From positions 18,860 through 82,859 of the forward strand of contig NZ_JAHENT010000161.1 in NCBI RefSeq assembly GCF_018609725.1: DNA of 64,000 bases, given 5' to 3'. Positions 51,664 through 59,732 of the stretch are shown here, piece after piece. The stretch is from Methanohalobium sp. Lineage in GTDB: Archaea > Halobacteriota > Methanosarcinia > Methanosarcinales > Methanosarcinaceae. How positions within the stretch are numbered: position 1 is the first letter of the stretch; each line of letters starts with the position of its first letter. The translations under genes were made by a program, and so were the position numbers. The notes under the pieces are model-generated. The model searched no databases and was not told the DNA's origin. It saw only the letters and a list, made by a program, of their open reading frames with translations.

Positions 51664-52521
51664 TTACTGATTAAAATTTTCTGCAAGCACTTCAGAAACA
51701 TTTCTAAGATTGGATACATAATCCTTTGAAAGCGGGTCTAACGTTACAACTTTTCCGTTGACTTCATTTGCAATTGATTCAGCACTGGATGTACTAAACT
51801 GCTCCTGTACATATATTACAGAAATGTTTTTCTCCTTTGCTATATCTATAAATTGCTGTAATTCCTTTGCACTTGGTTCCTTGCCTTCTGATTCAACAGG
51901 TATCATATCTAAACCATATTCTTGTGCAAAATAACCCCATGTAGGATGATAAACAATAAAACTTTGATTTTCGTATTCTGATAATGTATTATTTATGTAG
52001 GAATCCAGTTCATCCAGTTCCTGCATGTATCTATCTTTATTCTGTGAATAATAATCCTTATTTTCAGGGTCGACCTGGATAAGACCTTTATAGATATTCT
52101 CAACCATTATTTTGGCATTTTCAGGAGATGTCCAAACATGGGGGTCATTGTTTCTAATAGTTATACCATTTGATGAATTTACAATCAACATTTCATCATT
52201 AACTGACCTGATTTTATCCATCCAGGAATTTTCAAATGGTAGTCCTGAACCCAGTTTTGCATACATCAAAGCGTTACTTAAATCTCTTAGTTGTCCCGAA
52301 GTTGGTTCATGTGTTGCCGGATTTGCTCCAGGAGGTATCATTACTATTGTATTAACTTTCTCTCCACCTATCTGCTCCACAAATTCAGCCTGTGGAAGTA
52401 TGCTGACTGCAACCGTTATATTTCCATCATCTTTTTGTGTTTGAGCCTGTTCTGAACAGCCAGTTACAAGCAATACAGCGATTACCAATAAAACAGACAG
52501 CAGTTTATAATAGTGATTCAT
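51664..52521 (-). CDS. Zn/Mn ABC transporter binding lipoprotein (ZnuA/TroA-like)
   Basis: Lipobox VTGC, NPATHEP, DPHVW, YHPTW.YF. Confidence 0.92.
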   Translation of the reverse strand: MNHYYKLLSVLLVIAVLLVTGCSEQAQTQKDDGNITVAVSILPQAEFVEQIGGEKVNTIVMIPPGANPATHEPTSGQLRDLSNALMYAKLGSGLPFENSWMDKIRSVNDEMLIVNSSNGITIRNNDPHVWTSPENAKIMVENIYKGLIQVDPENKDYYSQNKDRYMQELDELDSYINNTLSEYENQSFIVYHPTWGYFAQEYGLDMIPVESEGKEPSAKELQQFIDIAKEKNISVIYVQEQFSTSSAESIANEVNGKVVTLDPLSKDYVSNLRNVSEVLAENFNQ

Positions 52522-52588
52522 ATCAATTCCTTTTAATTATTGGTATTTATGAAACTTAGTTGGCATCTACGAAAATTTGATGACGACT

Positions 52589-53023
52589 TTAATCAACGAG
52601 TTCACAGCTGTCATGTTTAATCTCCCCGCAGTTGCTTAATTGAGGATGACCCATTGACTTACAAATTCTATCTACTGCATATTTTGAAACATATCCTTCA
52701 AATCGTGATACTTCCCCACATGCATCATTTGTGGACAAACCGTAATGGCTGAGTAAAAGACTAAGGATTCTGTGTCTCCTCAACAGGAATTCTGCATATT
52801 CTCGACCGTATTCAGTAAGACAAACCCCCCTATAAGGTATATGATTTACGTAACCACTTTTTGTAAGTTCATTGATTACTTTGGTGGTTGTAGATGGGTC
52901 CACGCTTAATTGTGAAGATATATCTGTTGTTCTTACTGTTTCATTCTTTTCAAGCAAAAATTTAAGATACTGTATTTTCCGAGGTGTTAGCTCAAGCCCT
53001 GTGAATTCTCCCATAATTAACAA
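52589..53023 (-). CDS. DtxR/MntR/TroR family metal-dependent regulator
   Basis: QYLKFL, VRTTDIS..LSV.PST, HIPYRGV.LT..G, RRHR.L. Confidence 0.88.
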   Translation of the reverse strand: MLIMGEFTGLELTPRKIQYLKFLLEKNETVRTTDISSQLSVDPSTTTKVINELTKSGYVNHIPYRGVCLTEYGREYAEFLLRRHRILSLLLSHYGLSTNDACGEVSRFEGYVSKYAVDRICKSMGHPQLSNCGEIKHDSCELVD

Positions 53024-53074
53024 ATGATCAAATAAAGCATTTATATTTTGTGTATAAGAACAAAAATAATCACT

Positions 53075-53097
53075 ATTTTTGGTGTTACTCCAAAAAT
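53075..53097. promoter_or_regulatory. Palindromic putative operator in the divergent promoter
   Basis: ATTTTTGGTGT-T-ACTCCAAAAAT, one mismatch in 11-bp arms. Confidence 0.5.
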
Positions 53098-53181
53098 TAT
53101 GGTAATTATTAATGATTTTTTATAATAAATACCAAAAGCAATAAATAACTAAATTGACTACTTAACGTTTAGGGGAATTAT

Positions 53182-53475
53182 ATGGTTACAACACAAATTC
53201 CCTGGACATTTGCGTGTGCAGATGAAAAGGGAGAGAATTTAAACGTTGAAATCGACTTGCCTGGCATAAAGAAGGAAAATATTGAATTTAAGATGCATGA
53301 TAACAGTTATACTGTAAGAGCTGTAAATGACGATATTAAATATGCAGGAACCTTTCCCACTTGCTGCCCGGTAACACCGGAAAAAGCAGTCGCCAAATAC
53401 ACAAACGAGAAACTTATTATTACTGTCCCATTCCAGGAACCTCATATGAAATCAATAGATTTAGAGATAGAGTAA
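53182..53475 (+). CDS. Minimal Hsp20/alpha-crystallin-domain protein with CCPV motif (1 of 4)
   Basis: EIDLPGIKKENI, TCCPV.PEKA.AKY, L.ITVP. Confidence 0.85.
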   Translation: MVTTQIPWTFACADEKGENLNVEIDLPGIKKENIEFKMHDNSYTVRAVNDDIKYAGTFPTCCPVTPEKAVAKYTNEKLIITVPFQEPHMKSIDLEIE

Positions 53476-53539
53476 TAAGGATTACTAAGCCACTTAAGTA
53501 GATAAACCAGATTATTGTCAAAAGGGGGAGTATAAAATA

Positions 53540-53842
53540 ATGGCTGAAGCCCAATTAATACAGACACCATGCGTGTTTGCATGTCCTGATGAGTCAGGTG
53601 AATATTTGAACATCGAAATCGACCTTCCGGGTGTGAAAAAGGAAAATTTAGACTTTAAAATGAGTGAAAGTACTTTTTCCATCAAAGCTACAAATGATGA
53701 TGTGAAGTATTCAGGTACATTTTCAACATGCTGTCCAGTGGCTCCGGATAAAGCTAATGCCAAATTCACCAAAGAAATGCTTGTTGTTACGGTACCATTT
53801 CAGAAACCCCATAGTAGAGCAGTTGATGTCAACATAGAATAA
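53540..53842 (+). CDS. Minimal Hsp20-domain protein with CCPV motif (2 of 4)
   Basis: TPCVFAC, EIDLPGVKK, TCCPV. Confidence 0.85.
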   Translation: MAEAQLIQTPCVFACPDESGEYLNIEIDLPGVKKENLDFKMSESTFSIKATNDDVKYSGTFSTCCPVAPDKANAKFTKEMLVVTVPFQKPHSRAVDVNIE

Positions 53843-53859
53843 TTTCTGACGGAGATAAA

Positions 53860-54156
53860 ATGGCAGGTACGATACAAACGCCATGTATGTATGAACGTAT
53901 AGACATCAGCGGCAAAGAGTTAATAATTGAAGTAAATTTGCTGGGTGTAAAAGCAGAAAATATTGATTTTAAACTTGCTGAGGATTCATTCGCTGTAAGA
54001 GCCACCAATGAGAACATAAAGTATTCGGGCAGTTCGTTTACATGTTGCCCAGTTATACCTGATAAAGCAGAAGCCAAATATCTCAATGGCACACTTACTG
54101 TAAGAGTTCCACTTCAAAAACCATTCCCAAAACCAGTGAATATAAAAATTGATTGA
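53860..54156 (+). CDS. Minimal Hsp20-domain protein with CCPV motif (3 of 4)
   Basis: TPCMY, EVNLLGVK, TCCPV. Confidence 0.85.
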   Translation: MAGTIQTPCMYERIDISGKELIIEVNLLGVKAENIDFKLAEDSFAVRATNENIKYSGSSFTCCPVIPDKAEAKYLNGTLTVRVPLQKPFPKPVNIKID

Positions 54157-54171
54157 TGGAGGTAATAAAAT

Positions 54172-54471
54172 ATGGCAGAAACTAATATACAAACACCATG
54201 TGTTTATGCATGTGCAGATGAAACAGGAGAAAACCTAAACATTGAAATCGACCTTCCGGGTGTGAAAAAAGATAATATTGAATTCAAGATAACAGAAGAT
54301 AGTTTTGCCGTCAGAGCAAACAACACCGAAATTAAATATGTCGGCAGTTTTGCTGTATGCTGTCCGGTTATGCCGGATAAAGCTGTTGCAAAATATTCCA
54401 ATGATAAACTCATTGTCACAGTACCGTTTAAAGAAGTACATGAAACTCCTGTAGAAGTTAAAGTACAGTAA
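54172..54471 (+). CDS. Minimal Hsp20-domain protein with CCPV motif (4 of 4)
   Basis: TPCVYAC, EIDLPGVKK, VCCPV. Confidence 0.85.
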   Translation: MAETNIQTPCVYACADETGENLNIEIDLPGVKKDNIEFKITEDSFAVRANNTEIKYVGSFAVCCPVMPDKAVAKYSNDKLIVTVPFKEVHETPVEVKVQ

Positions 54472-54495
54472 TAAATCAAATAAAGAGGGAGAAAA

Positions 54496-54699
54496 ATGTA
54501 TCCAGTAATAGATTACAGTGTATGTGAAGGGGACCTTGCTTGTTATGAAGTATGTCCTGTAGACCTGTTTGACGTTGGCAACAACGAAGAAAAAGAAATG
54601 GAGGTTGCTGTTGTTGCACGACCCGAAGATTGTATTGAATGTGAACAATGTGTAGAAGTATGCCCGGTGGATGCTGTAAGACTGGTTGAAGATGAATGA
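54496..54699 (+). CDS. Dicluster ferredoxin (CxxDxxCxxxCP + CxxCxxCxxxCP)
   Basis: CEGDLACYEVCP and CIECEQCVEVCP. Confidence 0.92.
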   Translation: MYPVIDYSVCEGDLACYEVCPVDLFDVGNNEEKEMEVAVVARPEDCIECEQCVEVCPVDAVRLVEDE

Positions 54700-54741
54700 T
54701 AATGTTATATACAAAATACTGACTGCTCTTCCACGACTGAA

Positions 54742-56429
54742 CAGACTGTCCGACAATTCTGGACTACTGTCAATCTATTTTTATCTATAAGGCAAATAAA
54801 TATAAATGATAGATTAATTAATTTATTAACATGGCTTTCATCCAATCATCTAAAGACCAGACATGGCTGCTGCCACCTGATATAAGAGACATGATAAGTT
54901 CAGACCATATCTGTTACCTAGTAGATTCCTTCGTAGAAGAACTCGACTTCAGCGAGTTTGAAGATAGATATGCAGGTGCAGGACACCCTGCATATCATCC
55001 AAGGATACTCTGCAAAGTGCTGATACAGGCAATGATCGATGGTATCAGATCATCACGTACCATCGCAAGATGTGTACGTGAGAATGTAGTATACATGTAC
55101 CTCGCTGAGAAACTGACTCCGGATTTCAGAACTATAAGTGATTTCAGGAAGGATAATGGTGATTTGATCAGAGAAATCTTCAAAAACACCGTTAATGCTG
55201 CCAGGGAAGTCGGGTCTGTGGGGATGGAACAGATGAGTATCGATGGGTCTGTAGTTAAAGCGTCTGCATCCAATAACAGTACTGTTACAAGAAATGAACT
55301 GGATGTTATAGAGGATTACATCGACAAGATGCTGAAAGAAAGCATTGTAACTGATGAACTCGAAGATGAACAATTACAAGACTGCAGGGGCTACGATCAG
55401 CTTGATGAAAACGGCAAAAACCGAGTTAAGTCTGTCTGTAAGAAGTATGCTGATAAGCTTAATAATACAAATCAGGATAAAAACTCGAGATATCTAAACA
55501 ATGTAAAGGTGGCTAAACAAGAATCCGATAAGGATACCACCAAAGGATTTAGTTTAACTGATCCTGAATCAAGGTTTATCAAGAACAAGAAGGGTAGAAT
55601 CGAACTGGGATACAACACTCAAATCACTGTTGACCATAAGGAAGGAATCATAATCGCAAACGATGTTTGTCAGGATAGAAACGATGCTCATCAGCTTAAA
55701 CCACAACTTGAACTTGTTGAAAAGTACTGTGGGAGATTAGGTAAAAATACGAAAATATGTGCTGACAGTGGTTACATTCATGAAAAGAATATACAATTCT
55801 TGAAACAGAAAGAACTGGATCCCTATATACCGGAACAAATCGATAATAGTTATAAGAAAAATCCTAAACCTGAAAATAATGCTGAACATCCTTACCATGT
55901 TTCAAGATTTATTTATGATGAACAAAGGGATGTGTATATTTGCCCTGAAAACGGGATTTTGACATTTTCATATGAATCATATGATGGAGACAGACCAGAA
56001 AAACGTCGAGTTTACAGAGGTATACATTGCAGAGATTGTAAATCCAAATATCAATGTACCAACAGAAAGGATGGGATACGTCAGTTAAAAATCACTTATG
56101 TATCAGAAGATAGGAAACATCTGAGAGATAAGATGAAAACTGAACAAGCAAAGAGAATATTTGAACAAAGGAAACATACTGTTGAACCTGCTATCGGAAA
56201 TTACAAGCAGAATTTGAGATTCACAGAATTTATTACAAGAGGGTTAAATTCTGTAAAAACTGAATTTAATCTGGTTTGTGCTGCTGTTAATCTAAAGAAA
56301 ATATGGATGAATTCTGGATAATACAAATAATTGATTGAAAATCAATTATTTGTATTGTAGAATAACAAAAAATTCTGCAAAATAATATGGTACGTATTAT
56401 TGTTTAACTAATTATTGTCAGACAGCCTG
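54742..56429 (+). mobile_element. IS1182-family insertion sequence
   Basis: 16-bp IRs CAGACTGTCCGACAAT / CAGGCTGTCTGACAAT; 4-bp TGAA direct repeats at 54738-54741 and 56430-56433. Confidence 0.92.
54831..56321 (+). CDS. IS1182-family DDE transposase
   Basis: LLP....I..DH, G.PAYHP..L.K, PDFRTI.DFR, IDGS...A.A, GYN.Q, ADSGY, R...VEP..G..K. Confidence 0.92.
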   Translation: MAFIQSSKDQTWLLPPDIRDMISSDHICYLVDSFVEELDFSEFEDRYAGAGHPAYHPRILCKVLIQAMIDGIRSSRTIARCVRENVVYMYLAEKLTPDFRTISDFRKDNGDLIREIFKNTVNAAREVGSVGMEQMSIDGSVVKASASNNSTVTRNELDVIEDYIDKMLKESIVTDELEDEQLQDCRGYDQLDENGKNRVKSVCKKYADKLNNTNQDKNSRYLNNVKVAKQESDKDTTKGFSLTDPESRFIKNKKGRIELGYNTQITVDHKEGIIIANDVCQDRNDAHQLKPQLELVEKYCGRLGKNTKICADSGYIHEKNIQFLKQKELDPYIPEQIDNSYKKNPKPENNAEHPYHVSRFIYDEQRDVYICPENGILTFSYESYDGDRPEKRRVYRGIHCRDCKSKYQCTNRKDGIRQLKITYVSEDRKHLRDKMKTEQAKRIFEQRKHTVEPAIGNYKQNLRFTEFITRGLNSVKTEFNLVCAAVNLKKIWMNSG

Positions 56430-56463
56430 TGAAGTCGTGGGGTTCTATTGAACCTTGAGAGCC

Positions 56464-56826
56464 TCAACCTTTAACGAGGTTGAGCATTTGCTGATTCATG
56501 GACGGTACTTGAGAGCTGGTTCTATGACCAGTCGTAGAGGTCCCCTCTCCACAGCCGTTGATTCCCGCGAGCCCCCCAGTATGCTTTTTTGAGTTATAAT
56601 ATGATGATTTTTTCAATATGTTTATCGCAGCATTAAGATCTCTGCCAATTCCTAATCCATAATTACTGCAGTAGAATGTTCTCTCTTCCAATTTCAGTTT
56701 TTCTTCTCTATTAGTTCTACAACGAGAACAGATTTGAGAGGTGTTGTTGGGATTGACTTTGTCTACGATTTTACCTCTCTTGGCTGCTTTATAGGTCACA
56801 TGCTGAACCAGTTTATTCCAGCCCAC
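56464..56826 (-). pseudogene. tnpB: tnpB C-terminal fragment
   Basis: W..L.....YKA..GK, TSQICSRC, RTFYC, RDLNAAINI. Confidence 0.85.
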
Positions 56827-57016
56827 TTCAGAGATTGATTTTGCTAATCTATTATTTTTTTACCTACTGATAGCGATTATACCATAAAATCTAGAGTTGA
56901 TTAGACATCAGCGGAGTACGATTCATCCTTCTTTAAATCATGGATTTTAAGAGCATGAGTGAACTCATGGGCTTTCTCTACCCCTGCGCCCCGTTCATAG
57001 TAAAGGTGTTTTTTTT

Positions 57017-57673
57017 TCAAATATGAATGCTAACTCCTGACCCAATTTCCATAAATGAGTCTGGATACAACTTTGCTATTTTATTTTTATTAGATGTACA
57101 GTGACCTGCAGCAATTAATTTTAAATTTTTGAGTAAATTATATTCCTCGCTTCCGTGAAGCCCACCTATAATTCCTGCTATATCACCATAAACAGATGCA
57201 TTTTCTATTATATTTGTTAATCCGGGATGTGCACAACCTGTTATCACATACACTCCAGCGCTTGTTTCCAATAAAAGGGATTGTTCCTTGATTTTTTTAC
57301 CGAGTTTACCGGTCGTATATATAGATGGATGTATCTCGGTGGGCTGTGATATTTCTATTAATTTGGCTCGCGAAGATATTTCGTCTTTAAGATATTTGGA
57401 AAATGATGCAGGAACATAGACCTCAAGGTCTGTATTGGCATTAAGGATGGATGTAAGCCCACCCATATGATCCCAGTGGTGATGAGACAGCACAACTTTT
57501 CCAATTTCTAATGGTGATACACCCAACATCTTTAAATTGTGGAGGAGCACGTAGCCATCCCAACCCGTATCAAATAGAATTTTGGATTGACCTGTATCTA
57601 TCAGGCAGGAAAAACCCCACCCACTAAGGAATCCATTAATTGCATTATTATCATATACTACTGTTAATTTCAT
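57017..57673 (-). CDS. MBL-fold metallo-hydrolase
   Basis: LFDTG, LSHHHWDHMGG, ITGCAHPG, GGLH, GHCT; real start likely MKLTVVYDN at 57673. Confidence 0.88.
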   Translation of the reverse strand: MKLTVVYDNNAINGFLSGWGFSCLIDTGQSKILFDTGWDGYVLLHNLKMLGVSPLEIGKVVLSHHHWDHMGGLTSILNANTDLEVYVPASFSKYLKDEISSRAKLIEISQPTEIHPSIYTTGKLGKKIKEQSLLLETSAGVYVITGCAHPGLTNIIENASVYGDIAGIIGGLHGSEEYNLLKNLKLIAAGHCTSNKNKIAKLYPDSFMEIGSGVSIHI

Positions 57674-57680
57674 CCAATTG

Positions 57681-57722
57681 GTCGCAGGAGACTCCCTGCG
57701 TAAGCTGGGAGTCTCCTGCGAC
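57681..57722. repeat. Perfect 16-bp inverted repeat, 3' end hairpin of an older iscB element
   Basis: GTCGCAGGAGACTCCC-N10-GGGAGTCTCCTGCGAC; same GTCGCA..TGCGAC boundaries as the hairpin at 57998-58041. Confidence 0.8.
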
Positions 57723-57729
57723 CTATCTT

Positions 57730-57990
57730 TTAAATCTGTACCATCTGAGTTAGAGTTGTGCATCTTGCTGATATCCTCCTGCAGTTTTTCTTAACGTTAG
57801 GGTTTTTCTTGAATGTATTTCCGAATATATCCATGATGCTGAAATTTCCTGATGTTCTCTTACCTTTAACGAAACCTGAGCTGACTGGTGTTTTGATGAA
57901 ATCGAATTTTCTCAATCCGTGGAGTTTTCCTGTTGGTATATTCTTCTCGGATCTTACACCTTTAGTTTGTTAATAATCTCCACTGCTCAC
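57730..57990 (-). pseudogene. iscB: C-terminal remnant of an older iscB of a different subfamily
   Basis: VSSGDY*QTKGVRSEKNIPTGKLHGLRKFDFIKTPVSSGFVKGKRTSGNF..NVKKNCRRISARCTTL; premature TAA; frame continues at 59597-59635 as LSDVVYYKKH. Confidence 0.7.
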
Positions 57991-58018
57991 AAAAAATGTC
58001 GCAAGGAAGCCCACTGCT

Positions 58019-59335
58019 TCAGCAGAGGGAGGAATTGCGACCATCGGTTTTTATATCCGGATTTAAGTTAAGTCTGTCTAGTTGATAGGTATATCCATCG
58101 AATCTCTGTACTAGTTCGAGATATTTATGGTTTATACCCTGTGCAATCCTTTTAGCACCGTTTTTGATGTCGAAACTACCGCTACTCCTGCATGCGACTG
58201 CACCTTTCCAGATACCTTTGTATTTTCCTTTTGGAACGACTGCTTTTATGATGTCTCCTGATTGGAAACTGAATATGTATTTGATTCTTGGTGCAGGTTT
58301 CCTCGGGAAACCATATTTATCCAGCTTACATCTTTTATAACTGCCTCTTCCTTTAGCATGGATATGTAGGACACTATTAGTTTTAAACTTCAGTTCATCC
58401 AGTGTGGATTTGCCTACACAGCACGCATCGAAGTGATGGTCTTTCGGCAAGTTTAATTTTATCCTGTTCATCTTGGTTAGTGCACCTGTACCGCATTCTA
58501 CAGGTAGTTTTGTATCTTTCAGCACTTCAAAGACCCTCCACCTTGTAGAGTTAACTATCGTTGTATCTTTCAGAGGTTTCTTGGCTTTTTCATGCACTCG
58601 AGGGTAACCGTATTCATCAGCTGTCATGTTACCTTTGTTCTGGTTGCAATCATGACAGGCTATGGTCAGATTGCTGACTCTGTTAGAACCACCTCTGCTT
58701 CTCGGTACGATGTGTTCCACCTCTAACTGAACATCCTGTCTGCCGCAATATACACAGGTTCTCTGGAATTTCTCAAGCAGATACTCTCTTACTTCGTAAC
58801 CCTGCAGAGTTCCCTGCTGGTACTCGACACCTTCAATTTCAGGGGTTTCCATCAGCTGTGTGTCGAATTTGATATTTTCGTAAGTTATTGAGCTTATAGG
58901 AATCAATTTCATCAATTTTCTAATCCATGATTGTATGTTGTCCACTCTGCTCTGCAGAGATGGGGGCAGCCATCCTTTCGTTTTTTTTCTGTTATCGAAT
59001 CTGGGTTTTCTGTATCTCAGGTTCTGTGATCTTCTCCTGCGTCTGAAATTCCTTCTATCATCCAGTTTCTTTTTAATATCAGCTCTGTGGTTAATCTGGG
59101 CTAACCAGACTACATCTCTGTTGTTCTTCAATATAGTTAATCCAGTGTATCTTGAACCGTAGTCGATTTTGGGTGTGAAATCATATTTTACGTCGTCTGA
59201 TTTCAGTTCTTTGAGCCTGATTGTAAATGGATATTTCTTATGTATAGTAGCCTTTCCGGCTTTCAGCAGTATTCTTGCTTTAGCCGGATGACACGGTGTT
59301 AAAGGTTTCTTGTTCCTGTTGAGTACGAATACCAT
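58019..59335 (-). CDS. iscB: RNA-guided endonuclease IscB
   Basis: PLMP-like PLTPCHPAKAR, RuvC-I IDYGS, Arg-rich bridge helix RRNFRRRRR, RuvC-II ENIKFD, HNH CVYC..EHIVPRSRGGSN..C..CN, RuvC-III HHFDA. Confidence 0.95.
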   Translation of the reverse strand: MVFVLNRNKKPLTPCHPAKARILLKAGKATIHKKYPFTIRLKELKSDDVKYDFTPKIDYGSRYTGLTILKNNRDVVWLAQINHRADIKKKLDDRRNFRRRRRSQNLRYRKPRFDNRKKTKGWLPPSLQSRVDNIQSWIRKLMKLIPISSITYENIKFDTQLMETPEIEGVEYQQGTLQGYEVREYLLEKFQRTCVYCGRQDVQLEVEHIVPRSRGGSNRVSNLTIACHDCNQNKGNMTADEYGYPRVHEKAKKPLKDTTIVNSTRWRVFEVLKDTKLPVECGTGALTKMNRIKLNLPKDHHFDACCVGKSTLDELKFKTNSVLHIHAKGRGSYKRCKLDKYGFPRKPAPRIKYIFSFQSGDIIKAVVPKGKYKGIWKGAVACRSSGSFDIKNGAKRIAQGINHKYLELVQRFDGYTYQLDRLNLNPDIKTDGRNSSLC

Positions 59336-59596
59336 GGATATTACTCCTTTCTCTGCTTGATGCAGGTTACGCGGCTTATCAGCCGTCTCCCTTCGACAAA
59401 GTTATCCCAGTTTGTCATGCACGCACACTGTCCCTACCTCTCAGGACTGTTTAATGCAGTACGATAGAGCAGCGGACTAGGGAAGCATCCGAGGGTATCA
59501 TGGCCGGGATAACGTAGTTCCTTTAAGGAACTGAGTCTGGTCAATCAGGGCTTTCCGCAGGGACAAGCCCACCTCCTTTAGAGGTGGGTTATTGAC
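59336..59596 (-). ncRNA. omegaRNA (HEARO-type) scaffold; guide is the flank from 59597 upward
   Basis: GTCAATAACCCACCTCTAAAGGAGGTGGGCTTG..GATTGACCAGACTCAG..CTACGTT..GGATGCTTCCCTAGTCC..TTGTCGAAGGGA; GTCAA/TTGAC pairing. Confidence 0.88.
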
Positions 59597-59732
59597 ATGT
59601 TTTTTGTAGTACACTACGTCTGATAACTGTAATGTTGTCAGCAATGTTTGTGCAATCTTTACCCTGAGTACATTGCTTATCTATACATAAAGCACACCAC
59701 ATATTAACTGTTCCTCTATTTTCAAATTGTTT

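Larger units (their letters stand above)
54719..56999 (-). mobile_element. Internally deleted IS605-type element (TTAC target, TCAG end), interrupted by IS1182
   Basis: TTAC at 57003-57000 then a left end similar to the two-copy element (CAGGGGTA..GAAAG.C-hairpin-CTC); tnpB tail; right-end hairpin CCACGACTTCAGTCGTGG restored when IS1182 is removed. Confidence 0.78.
57991..59596 (-). mobile_element. IscB/omegaRNA (OMEGA) element, IS200/IS605 superfamily
   Basis: Starts GTCAATAACCC; ends with hairpin 57998-58041; junctions restore the older iscB frame. Confidence 0.85.

Noticed and set aside
57674-57763. 30-aa N-terminal extension of the MBL hydrolase
   Set aside because: It runs through the old iscB tail and end hairpin; the conserved domain starts at MKLTVVYDN
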